Assembly: GCF_001194135.2 (NCBI RefSeq)
Contig: NC_068990.1
Span: forward strand, 45,271,915 to 45,335,914
Reading direction: 5' to 3'
From: Octopus bimaculoides
Taxonomy: Eukaryota
DNA length: 64,000 bases
The translations under genes were made by a program, and so were the position numbers. The notes beneath the pieces were generated by a model. It did not search any database and had not been told where the DNA came from. It saw nothing but the letters and a program-made list of their open reading frames with translations. Shown here in pieces: positions 54,001-63,604 of this stretch; position 1 is the stretch's first letter, and the number at the start of each line of letters is the position of its first letter.

Positions 54001-57000
54001 TATCTCTGTTGATTAAAACTTTTATTTCACCTGACTTACATTTTTGTATGCAACAATGCAGTTAAGTATCCAATGGATTATTCTGGTCCACATCGTGTAC
54101 TAAAAGCTAAACCAAAATGTATGGTCATGGAGATTCAGAGTAGATGGATAACTGTCAATGTTGACCGACTTCCATTGGCTGATTAAGAACACTTGGACAT
54201 ATCTTTTTTTAACTCAAAAAGTTTTTTTACATTTCAAAAAAAAAAACAAAAAAAAAACTGCAGAACTTTGCCTATTTTACAAACTTATTCTTATATAGCC
54301 ATTCTTTCTGCATTTATTCTGTATTCAATGCATGTTTTTTCCTTCTTGCTCTTTTTGTACTTGTGTTGGCTTCATTTTATTGTTTTATACTTTTTACATT
54401 CATGTAAAGAACTAGGAAAAGACTACTTGTGGTGGTGATTCAAAATCTCAACTGATAATCTATCAGACACCTCAAGCGAATCACTTTGGTTTCATGTGAT
54501 CAACCAGTCAGTGTGAAGTTGTGGCATGGCATAACATGATTTTTTGAATTTAGCTTCTGGTCCCTTATAAAAACCATTTGGTATGCAGATGGTTAAGGAT
54601 CACCAAGGATCTCTGATTTGCACAGTTGACATCATATAGTTTTTAGGCCAACTGCATGTCACACAGAAAGCTTCTTATAACTTCAGGGTAGTCTGTCTAT
54701 CCCAGTCCATAAACATTTGTTGTTCATGGTATATAACCAACACCAATACATTTATGTGCAGTAAGACATATTTCAGTTAAATGTTTGCAAGTTTGCTTCA
54801 GTTATTATTCATGCAGCCTACGAAATACATCTCCTTTTTACCAGCTCCACGTCACACCAACCAAGCCACCCTTGTGACAGCATTCTAAAATGAAGTTGTA
54901 CGAGAGATATGAAGAGATATACATTTTTTTCAGCAATATTAAATACCTTCATCCTTGACAGAGATTATTCAATGAACATGATCTATTAGGAACAATTTTT
55001 TTTAGTGATGCTACAGGACCAAACTTCAATCACACTTATGTACACTTTCTAGCTTACAGGAGCCAAGATTTTTTTCCTGCATGAGGTGTACAATAATTGA
55101 ATTACAGCAACCATAGAATAAAAATTGGATGTGTGTGTAGATATATATATATTTTAGATGAAGTAATTTTTCACAATTGCTTTTAAGAAAATAAATGACA
55201 AATACAGCATAAGAAGCAGTTGATTAACTCCATACCCTAAAAGCTTGATTCAATCTGGCTTCATTCTGTGGGGGAGTTGACCAAACACCTTTAGCTTTAG
55301 CTAAAGCCACATTTTCATGATTATTACTCTTAATTAAGAAGAAGCGAGCCCTCTTGAATAAATATTTCAAACGAGATGCACTACCTGTAATATATATAAA
55401 ATATAATTAATTTGAAACATGCATCATATCAATGTTTTAAATGTTAATACATACATGTTGGTATAAATTAGATGAGTATACTTACACTCTATAGGTGTCT
55501 CCTTGGTCAGTTCTGTAACCAACATTCTCAAATAACACCTTATTACAATCTATATCATCAGTATGTTTACTTTAATCTAGCAGCAATCACTTATGTGTTT
55601 AGTATTTATTGATTCTGATCACATGTTCAAACAATTGCACTTGTCTTTGGTCAGCAAGCAAATTTTTTCCACTCATTTGTGGTCTGAAACATTCAGTATA
55701 ATATATTTATTTATTCCTATGTGGAATCAGAACATGACTGACATCATGTTAAAATATTTTATAACGATAAGATATCAGATGTCCGATTCAGTAAGATGTA
55801 TATGAATATATACATAAATATATGTGGAATTTAGATATGTATCTCTACATTTTAAGTTCAAATCCTACCTATGATCATTGTCTTTCATTCTTTTGAGGTT
55901 GATAAAAAGAGTGCCAGGAGTATTGGGTACAATGGGGAAGGCAATATAGTTGACTATTCATGAAAATGGCAGATCAACATGGTTACAATCCCAATAAAAC
56001 TTTTTCTATCATATGTATCATGTGACAGTGCACCATGTCATATTCCAACATATGTGCTGTGTTGCTTTCATAACCAAAGCATTTAATGCTGATTGCTTCC
56101 ATTCAAGCAACTGTAAGTATTTCTTGTATTTCAACAAAAAATACATTTGTCAAGAACTCCCCTTTCCAACATTTAATCTGTGACAATGCAAACTAAGCAG
56201 TAACCACCTTAAACTCACCTGGTTATTCTTAGAATGAGAACCTAAGAATTTTTGCACACTGCCCTTATCCATCAGATAAATATTGAAGATAAATATTGAA
56301 AAAATAAAGCATAGTGGTTATACAGATTACAACCAAACAGTCGAAAGATTGTAGACAACATTAGAACATGTACTCAGCAGCACCTTCAAGATCTAGCTAC
56401 ATGATTTACGTTCTAGGTAATTAACAATTCCCAAACTAAGAAAGGCCAACATACGTCGTCTCTCAGATTCACTGTCATCACCATCATCATCCTCATCAGC
56501 AGAATCTTCACTTTTCCTGTCCCATTCAATTGGGGAAATCCCTCTTTTGTGGTTTTTCTCCCGTCGAGGTTCATCTTTCTTTTCTTTGTCAGAAGGATCT
56601 AAAATAAGATTTGCTGAATTAAACCACAGTTGTCATAATGTTGATATCATTCATCTTTTTTGTGATAATCAAAATTTTTGGTTACATATAATTGTCCAGA
56701 TTAGCTTTTATAAGAAAATAAGGAAAACTGCCAGAACTTCCTTTCTTTTTTACTTTGCAGCTGCTAGTTTAATTTTACAATTAACCGTTTTGTAATAAAA
56801 AGGTAAACAGAAGTGAGACACAAGTATACAATGCAATGAAATTTCAACTTGAATTAGTGAATGTGAGAAGAATAATTCTAGATTTGTGTATGTGTGCATG
56901 TATTTTCTTTCACTTCTTTGTAGAATTCCAAAAAATATTGGATAGAGGAAAAATAAAAAGTGTTACAACATTGTAAACTAAATCATTTTGATAAGGCAAG

Positions 57001-57659
57001 GTCCATTTTGTCATTAGACAGACAAGCTATAATTAATCGGGGAAGGGGGGAGATGATATGCTGTTGATTAACCTACTCCTACTAGAACATATAGTATATT
57101 TTCATCTACATCAGTGCAAAATCAGCCTATCAAGATTTTAAACTCAAAATTATGAGACAATAAACTAGATATCATAGAGTAGTTAGTGTGAATCTCTACC
57201 CACTTCAACTCTTACAAGGATTCCAACAAAAGATCCTTGGTGTGATTGCCCAAGTTGCTAGAAATAGCAACCAAATCTCTAATAAAAGGGGTAACAACAT
57301 TAGGTTGGTGGTGAGCTGGCATAATTGTTAGCACACTGAGAAAAATGCTTAGCAGCATTTCATTCGCTTGCATGTTGTGAGTTCAAATTCCAGAGTTGAC
57401 TTCACTTTTCATCCTTTTGGGATCGATAAAATAAGTACCTGTTAAGCACTAGGGTTGATCTAATTGACTTAGCCACTCCCACAAAATTTCAGCCTTCTGT
57501 TAAAATTTGAAACCATTATTAGCCACTAGGCTATTGAAGCATATACATTCTGAGTTCAAATCCTTACATAGAAGCTAAAGCAAGAAAGGAAAGGTAAAAA
57601 ACTAGAATTCATTCTCTTAAAAAAATAAAGTGGTGCTTTATTGATGAAAAAAAACAACA

Positions 57660-57709
<50 letters not shown>

Positions 57710-58850
57710 CCAACAAACTTACAAGATTCTGAATTTGAGTCAGTCAAGGAAGTTTCTGAACTAGAAGTACCAATTTCACTGCGTGTATCATAATCTTGAA
57801 TAACCATGGCATCATTGCCTGCAGCAGGCAAGTCTTCAGACTCTTCAGCACTGATACTAACATTATGTTTATCATCAGAGTCATCTTCATAATGATCATC
57901 AATTTTATTCATAAGAAGTTCATCTTTAAGTAGAAACATAAGTTTAGATCATATTAGCTTCATCCTCAAATTTGTAGCAATAAAAATTGAAAACCAAATA
58001 AACAGTCTTAGAACTTCAACAAAGATAGCTACCTTCGGCATCTTTATCTAAATCAAGAGTGTAATCATCATCCAAGTCATCAAGACCATCATTGTCTCGA
58101 AGTTGTAACATTTCCTTATGAGCTTTTTCTGGTTTCTTTAAGACTTTCTTTACCTCTTTCCTTGGAACCATTTTCTTTATTCCTTTACTTGGTTTGAGAT
58201 CTGAAGGAATTAGAAAGATTATTATGGTGAAAATATATAGTTCATATATCCACAAACATTGTGCGTTTGTATGTGTAAGTATCCATGTATATGTATGTAT
58301 ACATACACACACACACACGGTTTAAATTATGTCAAAGGACTGATCTGAATAATCCAAGCACTAGATTCTCTTTTACAGCTTAGCTTGAATATTCTATTTC
58401 ATATGCGCTTTTCTACACAGCTATATGTTGTAGAATTTGTTAAATGTTTTACTCCACCCCGAATAAAATTTTAGCAGATTATCCATTCTGGACTTTGTGG
58501 CAATGCAGAGAAATATATTTTTTGGCAACACAGACAAATCTATATTCAAATTAGATGAATTCATTTTCAAGAGTCAAGAGTTCAAATTACAAAGTAATTT
58601 ATAATTAGCTTTTCTCACACAAGCACTGACACTGACAACATTTAATATTCACAACGAAACTAACCTTTTTCCTCAATAGACTTGGTTTGTACTCTTGATC
58701 TTGGCTCTTTAACCTTTAGATCTTGTTTTACAGACAGACCAACACTAACCCCAGGTTTTGTAGTAGTTGCTTTTCCTTTTGACAGAGAAGGTTTGACTTT
58801 AGCAATTTTATTTGAAGAAATACTTTTTTGTTTGGCAAGCATTGCATGTT
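22397..58850 (-). CDS. YTHDC1: YTH domain-containing protein 1 (YT521-B, nuclear m6A reader); spliced CDS, 5'-partial, about 620 aa
   Basis: Hand-joined exons: 58850-58665, 58200-58033, 57923-57723, 56598-56455, 55512-55486, 55384-55236, 49101-49047, 48692-48575, 47797-47713, 47313-47072, 30950-30877, 27839-27803, 27622-27577, 23607-23533, 23398-23231, 22483-22397. All introns are GT-AG with matching phases. Motifs match YTHDC1: [134 protein letters not shown]. Confidence 0.95.
22806..22896. repeat. (TA)n microsatellite with a 10-N gap at 22851-22860
   Basis: Directly visible. Confidence 0.95.
23231..23398 (-). CDS. YTHDC1: YTHDC1 exon ([10 protein letters not shown]...[16 protein letters not shown])
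   Basis: cattgttttag acceptor and TCA|gtaagt donor; 168 nt; possible alternative GC donor 30 nt upstream. Confidence 0.92.
23533..23607 (-). CDS. YTHDC1: YTHDC1 exon ([25 protein letters not shown])
   Basis: ctgttttctag acceptor and CCA|gtaagt donor; 75 nt; matches human SYNDYVREF...PPPP. Confidence 0.95.
25177..25245 (-). CDS. candidate in-frame cassette exon of YTHDC1 ([15 protein letters not shown], optionally extended by VRPLVRPS)
   Basis: ttttgtttttggctcgcccag(cag) tandem acceptor. Two phase-0 donors: GGG|gtacgg (45 nt) and TCT|gtacgt (69 nt). GC/CpG-rich island in an AT-rich intron. No homology support. Confidence 0.45.
26626..26671. repeat. poly(A) run of about 45 nt
   Basis: Directly visible; another poly(A) run lies near 24346-24375. 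Confidence 0.95.
27577..27622 (-). CDS. YTHDC1: YTHDC1 exon ([15 protein letters not shown])
   Basis: cattttctag acceptor and GGA|gtaagt donor; 46 nt; matches human SGVRRDVFLNG. Confidence 0.94.
27803..27839 (-). CDS. YTHDC1: YTHDC1 exon ([12 protein letters not shown])
   Basis: tctttttccag acceptor and TAG|gtaagt donor; 37 nt, phase 1-2. Confidence 0.9.
27860..28066 (+). mobile_element. TTAA-flanked MITE copy next to a YTHDC1 acceptor
   Basis: Homologous to 2284-2507; ends aatgctaaagggttaa. Confidence 0.75.
28423..28549. repeat. near-perfect inverted repeat (57-bp arms, 13-nt loop)
   Basis: 28423-28479 is the reverse complement of 28493-28549 with one mismatch (28436/28536). Confidence 0.95.
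28783..29012 (-). mobile_element. TTAA-flanked MITE copy, inverted
   Basis: Its reverse complement aligns by eye to 27860-28066. Confidence 0.7.
30877..30950 (-). CDS. YTHDC1: YTHDC1 exon ([24 protein letters not shown])
   Basis: atgttgcag acceptor and ATA|gtaagt donor; 74 nt; resembles human RRPEDYD...KKPRIDY. Confidence 0.9.
31550..31948 (-). mobile_element. full-length tRNA-derived CORE-like SINE
   Basis: Reverse copy of the family at 13770; head gtggctgtgtg...ggttcagtccc. Confidence 0.85.
33400..33820 (-). mobile_element. two tandem SINE copies
   Basis: Repeated ttctttctac..ggcacaaggcctgaaattttgggg...aaaggatga...gacctcag unit. Confidence 0.75.
38995..39316 (-). mobile_element. full-length, relatively young tRNA-derived CORE-like SINE
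   Basis: Intact A/B-box-like head and many retained CpGs. Confidence 0.85.
40870..41172 (+). mobile_element. tRNA-derived SINE with a gttgtgtccttgagcaag central domain
   Basis: The central motif resembles the conserved V/Meta-type SINE domains. Confidence 0.6.
41855..42030. repeat. (GA)n microsatellite cluster
   Basis: Directly visible. Confidence 0.95.
47072..47313 (-). CDS. YTHDC1: YTHDC1 exon, end of YTH domain plus low-complexity linker ([15 protein letters not shown]...NSEISR)
   Basis: ttttacag acceptor. The donor TAG|gttaga was chosen because it is the only one in phase 2 with the next exon; 242 nt. Confidence 0.88.
47713..47797 (-). CDS. YTHDC1: YTHDC1 exon, YTH domain part 4 ([28 protein letters not shown])
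   Basis: cattttttag acceptor and CAA|gtatga donor; 85 nt. Confidence 0.97.
48575..48692 (-). CDS. YTHDC1: YTHDC1 exon, YTH domain part 3 (GFARLSAES...RWVLPPG...LDWINR)
   Basis: cactgccaag acceptor and CCG|gtgagt donor; 118 nt; second cage Trp and cage Leu present. Confidence 0.97.
49047..49101 (-). CDS. YTHDC1: YTHDC1 exon, YTH domain part 2 ([18 protein letters not shown])
   Basis: atatttatag acceptor and AAG|gtattt donor; 55 nt. Confidence 0.96.
49719..50163 (+). repeat. 5' LTR (end approximate)
   Basis: Shares atttcagttaaatgtttgca..tttgcttcagttattattcatgca and other blocks with 54428-54885. Confidence 0.8.
51205..52513 (+). mobile_element. non-autonomous Helitron-like (Lep1/HINE-type ends) insertion nested in Gypsy gag
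   Basis: Starts actagcagtataacccggcgctgctcggg (GC hairpin) and ends (CA)n-aaacatcttatgttttatagat; CpG-rich; the middle is unresolved (gap). Confidence 0.6.
51528..52251. other. assembly gap (N run)
   Basis: N bases. Confidence 1.
54428..54885 (+). repeat. 3' LTR (end approximate)
   Basis: Direct repeat of 49719-50163, preceded by aaagaactaggaaaagactact. Confidence 0.8.
55236..55384 (-). CDS. YTHDC1: YTHDC1 exon, YTH domain part 1 ([13 protein letters not shown]...[10 protein letters not shown]...QAFR)
   Basis: atattacag acceptor and AGG|gtatgg donor; 149 nt; first cage Trp present. Confidence 0.97.
55486..55512 (-). CDS. YTHDC1: probable 27-nt YTHDC1 microexon ([10 protein letters not shown])
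   Basis: ttggttacag acceptor and AGT|gtaagtat donor; 27 nt, phase 1-1, open in the gene frame. The model also joins in frame without it. Confidence 0.6.
56455..56598 (-). CDS. YTHDC1: YTHDC1 exon ([13 protein letters not shown])
   Basis: cttattttag acceptor and GAC|gtatgt donor; 144 nt; matches the conserved RGISPI.(W/F)DR motif. Confidence 0.93.
57300..57515 (+). mobile_element. tRNA-derived SINE copy
   Basis: ggtggtgagctggc...gagttcaaattcc...gatcgataaaataagtacc; same family as 5120 and 6735. Confidence 0.75.
57723..57923 (-). CDS. YTHDC1: YTHDC1 exon (acidic region, QDYDTRSE)
   Basis: ctacttaaag acceptor and CTT|gtaagt donor; 201 nt; DYDTRSE motif as in vertebrate YTHDC1. Confidence 0.9.
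58033..58200 (-). CDS. YTHDC1: YTHDC1 exon ([10 protein letters not shown]...DLDKDAE)
   Basis: aattccttcag acceptor and AAG|gtagct donor; 168 nt; Lys-rich then acidic sequence. Confidence 0.85.
58665..58850 (-). CDS. YTHDC1: YTHDC1 exon ([14 protein letters not shown]...TKSIEEK), most 5' exon found
   Basis: tttatttcag acceptor and AAG|gttagt donor; 186 nt, phase 1-1; open and in frame with the next exon. Confidence 0.75.
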
Positions 58851-59399
58851 CTGAAATAAAATATTTGAAACTGTCTTACTTTGGTGCTATGTATGTATGC
58901 ATGAATGTATATGTGTGTATATAACTTAGTAATATGTAAAGATAGCAACAGCTTTAAAAACATCTTTCAAAATGATCTTAATCTTTTGTAACCTTAATGA
59001 TTCAATGGCAGTTTTCAAATATACAATCATTGCAGAAATTGCTTGCTTTCAAATTTTAAGACTCAAATCTATTTTCATCATTGCTCTCATAATAACCCAT
59101 ATTCTTTTTTTTTCAACATGAGTTGGAGGTATGCAGAATGCACAAAAGCATGTTTTTACAAGTCCCTTTCTGATGCTGATTCATCTTTCTAGGTCTGGAC
59201 TGAACCTGGATACCATCTACTACTATACCACACTCACATATTCAATTGGTTGCTGCCCATCTTTAGGATGACCTCACAAATACTATTAACCCTATACTCT
59301 TATACTAATGAAATGTTCCACTGCCACATAGTGTTACATCTTTGAAAATCTGCATTACACAACCTATCCTTAATTGCCAGCAAGAAGAACGGTCCCTTT

Positions 59400-60200
59400 T
59401 AAAGTTCTTCCTGTCAATATAGTTGTTTAATATTGCTACACTCAATAAGAAAGAGCATTGCTATTGGATCATGTGGTACTTTTGGAGCACCGAATTAGTA
59501 TAATCAATATTGAGTTAGTAAAGCAAAAGTTTGGCAGGTGGTTGTTATAGAAACAAAGGATTGAGTATGAAGAATAAAAGAAAAGGCTGCAGAAAAGGCA
59601 TGTACCTTTAATAGTTTTGAGTGGAGGCCAAAGTAGAGCAAACAGATATAGAATTTCTTCTAATGACAAGTGACATGAAAACATTGTTCCATAGTGGGCC
59701 AAGGTGCAAAGGCTGATGCCAGCAAATGACTGTTTCACAATTATGTGAATGACTTCTTTTTTAATACTGTCTAGCATTAAAATCGGAAGACAGATATGAG
59801 AATAACACTATGATGTGGGTACATGGAGCCCTTGCAATAATCACAGCTATTCTTGACTCTAAAGCAAACGCCAAGTTTCTTTGAAATGGTTATGACAATA
59901 CTAAAGTTACAGCATATATAACATGTAGAATCGTCTACATTGGAAGCTAAAGGAATAGCAATGTGATACAATTGTTTGAGCTTTCTTAAATCTAGGTAAT
60001 ATTTAGGTTTTAATTTAGTTAAAAAAACAAAATATAAGATCCTCATTAAAAATATAATGAAGGAGGTCAATGATGAAAATATAACATATCTAGTAAGATA
60101 TGTTAGTATCAAAAGACTATGGAAAGAAAGGATAAATACTGAGTTATCAAGAGAATAAAAGTGTAGAGAATTAACCATGTTACTTATGAAGAAAAAATAT
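59400..60200 (-). mobile_element. decayed CR1/Jockey-like LINE, end of RT and downstream region
   Basis: Minus-strand ORFs give LASNVDDST (a degenerate xADD motif) and MLDSIKKEVIHII...TLAHY, like LLDSIQ.KA.R.I...L.HRR. Confidence 0.55.
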
Positions 60201-61319
60201 CAGGGAAATCTCATCCTTTGGAAATATGAAGAGTTTTATAAAATGAGGAGGGTCAGGAGGTCTCCACTGAAAGATGTGGATATAGTGATTAGTGAGAAAA
60301 TATTAGATTTGTGTAGTTAATTCCAAGCAAAACATAAGAGAATTTAACAAATACTTCTGACAAGCTATGTTAAAGGTTGATATTTGTTTTAAAAGATTAG
60401 TGACTATATGCTACATAGATTAAAAACGACACATATACTACTGCTGCTATTAATTCCTCAAATGTTTATATATAAAATATCAGTGAAATCTAAAATTCAT
60501 CACAGCTTTATGCAAAAGTTGATTGCATTTCCACAATGCTAAATTCTGACAGACATGACACAATCATTTGTCTAATGCTTGAGTTTAGAAACAAAGATCT
60601 AAAAAACCTGAATCCCTTAATTCATTGACTGTAAGAGATAGTACTTGAAGAAGTTGTCATTAGATAGTGCATTTAACACAAGTTAGTTTGAATGACTTTA
60701 TTCCACAAACTAGACTTATGAGACAACTAAAATGCAGTACGAGTTAACAAGCTATTCATCAGTTATATAGTAAATGGAGATTCAATTGTTTCAGTAATGA
60801 ATATTCAGCTGTTCAATCAAATGAATAACCTATTTAGTGAATTAGCATGCGAGCAGCTGAGTATCCCAGTTACATATACTCTTAACATAGTCCTCAGGCA
60901 GAATCAGTGTAGTTCGTCCTTTAAACTACAGCTTCAATCCAGTTTCCATCCACCCACACAATTTCACTCACAAGACAAGGGTTGACTTGAAACTGTGATA
61001 AAAGACATGCCCAACATAACATGCTGTAGCATCAAATCTGGGATATTGTCATTGCAAAACGAACTTCATTACCATTCTACATTCATAGCACTACAATGGA
61101 TTGGCAGAATCAGTAAAGTGACAAAATGCCCAGCAGTATTTAGTTGTGTTACCATTACATTTTGACATCAAATCCCACCAAAATTGATTTTGCCTATCAT
61201 CCTTCTGGAATTGATAAAATATGCACCAACAAAACAGGAGTTGATCTAATTGATTATATCCACCCTCCAAACGTGAAGTCTTGTGTCTATATAATACAGC
61301 TACTGCTTACAGTGAAGAA

Positions 61320-61670
61320 AAAACTCCTGACCATCCATCTTCCTCACCCACTATTCCTGACAGTGTCATAGAGATAGAGTCCTCAGGTACTGCCTCCATA
61401 GGGTCCTATCAGAAGCATTTGTCATCAAACTTTCCAACTTGGGAATCTTCCCAAGCACGACTAAATGAGATTATGATATTATCCAACCACCTTGTTCTTG
61501 GTCTACCCTTAGATCTCCTGCTGGTTGGATCAGCTTGAAGAATCCATCTTGCAATTCTTTCCCACAACACTCTAATCTCATGTTTGTAGTACAAGAGCCG
61601 TGGTCCCTCAATGGAGAGTAGTGGCCCAATCTGGAGAAACTCCTTGATCTCCAAGCCACACACCCTGCCA
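61320..61670 (-). mobile_element. RTE-clade LINE 3' fragment
   Basis: RRSKGRPRTRWLDNI and ASDRTLWRQYL, typical of RTE C-termini. Confidence 0.7.
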
Positions 61671-63550
61671 AGTAACTCTAAACTTCTTTTCCTAGTTTTA
61701 AACTTTTGTATCTGAAATAATTCTAACTTAAGAACAAGTTTAAGTATAGAGATTTAAAAAAAAAACACTTGCTTATCAAATCCTTCATTATAGCTTCAGT
61801 GACATGAAAAGGTAAAAGGTACTCAGTCACAAAGCCTTGATATTTACTTACCTGGGTGAATAAAAATACTTACTCATCCTGTCTACTACCTTATGCAAGA
61901 GATATATGTGTTTTCTTGGTCACAGAAACAAAATACATTCAAGTCACATTACAATTTACTCAATTATGTTCACTTCCTAATCCTTTCAAAGTTCCCCATT
62001 TTAATAATAATTTTAATAAATGAAAGTATAATGGCTGAGGCAATTATGCTGCTAAACTATTGAGTCCAAAAACTTTACTACAGTAATTGCAGGCTTGTAA
62101 CCCAACGTCAAACCCCAATAACATTGCAACTGGCACCATTCAGCAACCCTCCCTCCATCACTCTTTTTTTCAGACAATGTATCCTAGATTATAATAACCA
62201 ATTATAATAACCTAGATTATGATAACCAATTCCTTTTAAAATATTAAGATGTGATACGAGACATTTGATTACTATTTCTAGCAGGCCAAGCTATCTCATT
62301 GGCTTGACAGCAATAATTTTCTCTATGCAAGGCTAATGCACATAATTCTACAAGCCCCAGTTTGCTCAACATATAAAACTGATTGTGCTTCTATTCACAG
62401 GTTTAGCAGCAAAAAGAGTACCCAACTGTAAAAATCAACTGCTCCAACAAAAGAAATCAATTAATTCTACTAGAACAATCATTTCTAATTTAGGCACAAG
62501 GCCAGCAATTTTAAGGGAAGGGAGTTAGTCAATTACATTAACCCTAGTATTTGACTGGTACTTTATTTTATCAACCCTAGAAGGATGTAAAGAAGTGGAA
62601 CAAATACAACAAAGCATTTTGTCTGCCATGCTACTCCATCCACCCCAAAACTAATAATAATAATAATAACTATGCTAATCAATAAGAATTACTTAATTCA
62701 TATGGTTAAACTAGGTTATACATATTGCAACTATTCCTCATTTTATTTGTTTCTATATCAAAATGTCTGTATAATCATTTAACCTTCTAATAATAGTGAT
62801 CACATCACCCTCAAATCACACACTACCACTTGAAAAAAACAAAACAGAAAAGGAATAACTACACCATTGATCACAGATAAGTGGGATGAAGGTTGACCAG
62901 GAACTAAACAATGACAAAATGAATTCTTAGATCCTCTGATAACTTGACTCACTATCCTCTTGGCTAACTTTGGTTTTCATTTTCTTTATTAAGCTCATCA
63001 CAACAGTACCTATACCATTGTGGTATTATACTTTCTTTGACAATCCATACATTTTCTAAGGAAAATTTTTTCCCCTGATTATGTTCAAGTTCAGCAGATT
63101 TGTTTGCCTTTCTGTCTCATGTTATTCTAAATGTATTTCTCAACTATGTTTCCTCTACTCCTTCAAAACCTAAACCAACTGCCTTATTACTTAACATGAT
63201 AATTAATCCTTCACTATTGCTACCAACTTCCAAGGTATGGTTCTTTGCATAAGCAAGGTTGTTTCTCAAAAATATACAACAATCTTCTATTCAACCACTC
63301 ATATCCAACTGTCTAGTGTTGTTTCAAAGCTGGCCTACATAGAGAGGAAACCTCACATATGCTCCATCTATTGTAAAATACTACCGTTACTTCTGTTAGG
63401 AATGAATTTCAGAGTTTGTAAAATCAAACTAATATTCAAAATGACTTAAAACTGTTAGTATTCAATATGTAAAATAATTGAAAAATGTTAGTAGTGAAAT
63501 TCCATTATAAATCATCTTTCAAAAGTTAGTTAAAAAAATACTGATATTTG

Positions 63551-63553
<3 letters not shown>

Positions 63554-63602
<49 letters not shown>
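63554..63602. repeat. (TA)n microsatellite
   Basis: Directly visible; similar tracts at 4615-4653, 10392-10428, 13945-13968 and 57670-57705. Confidence 0.95.

Positions 63603-63604
<2 letters not shown>

Larger units (their letters stand above)
49719..54885 (+). mobile_element. decayed Ty3/Gypsy LTR retrotransposon with both LTRs, antisense in a YTHDC1 intron
   Basis: LTRs at about 49719-50163 and 54428-54885 are alignable and start with TG. PBS-like tggtgac at 50166; purine tract before the 3' LTR. Gag [12 protein letters not shown]...EVKDSI and [10 protein letters not shown]...LADSIM; protease [16 protein letters not shown]; [24 protein letters not shown]; RNase [10 protein letters not shown]; integrase [24 protein letters not shown]. 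Many stops and deletions. Confidence 0.9.

Noticed and set aside
55589-55684. Minus-strand acceptor tgtttcag at 55685
   Set aside because: Stops in the relevant frames and has only weak donors.
62952-63010. Possible upstream YTHDC1 exon (TVVMSLIKKMKTKVSQED, donor ATA|gtgagt) in phase with exon 58850
   Set aside because: The acceptor lacks a pyrimidine tract and there is no similarity to known YTHDC1 N-termini; the real 5' exons may lie beyond the window.
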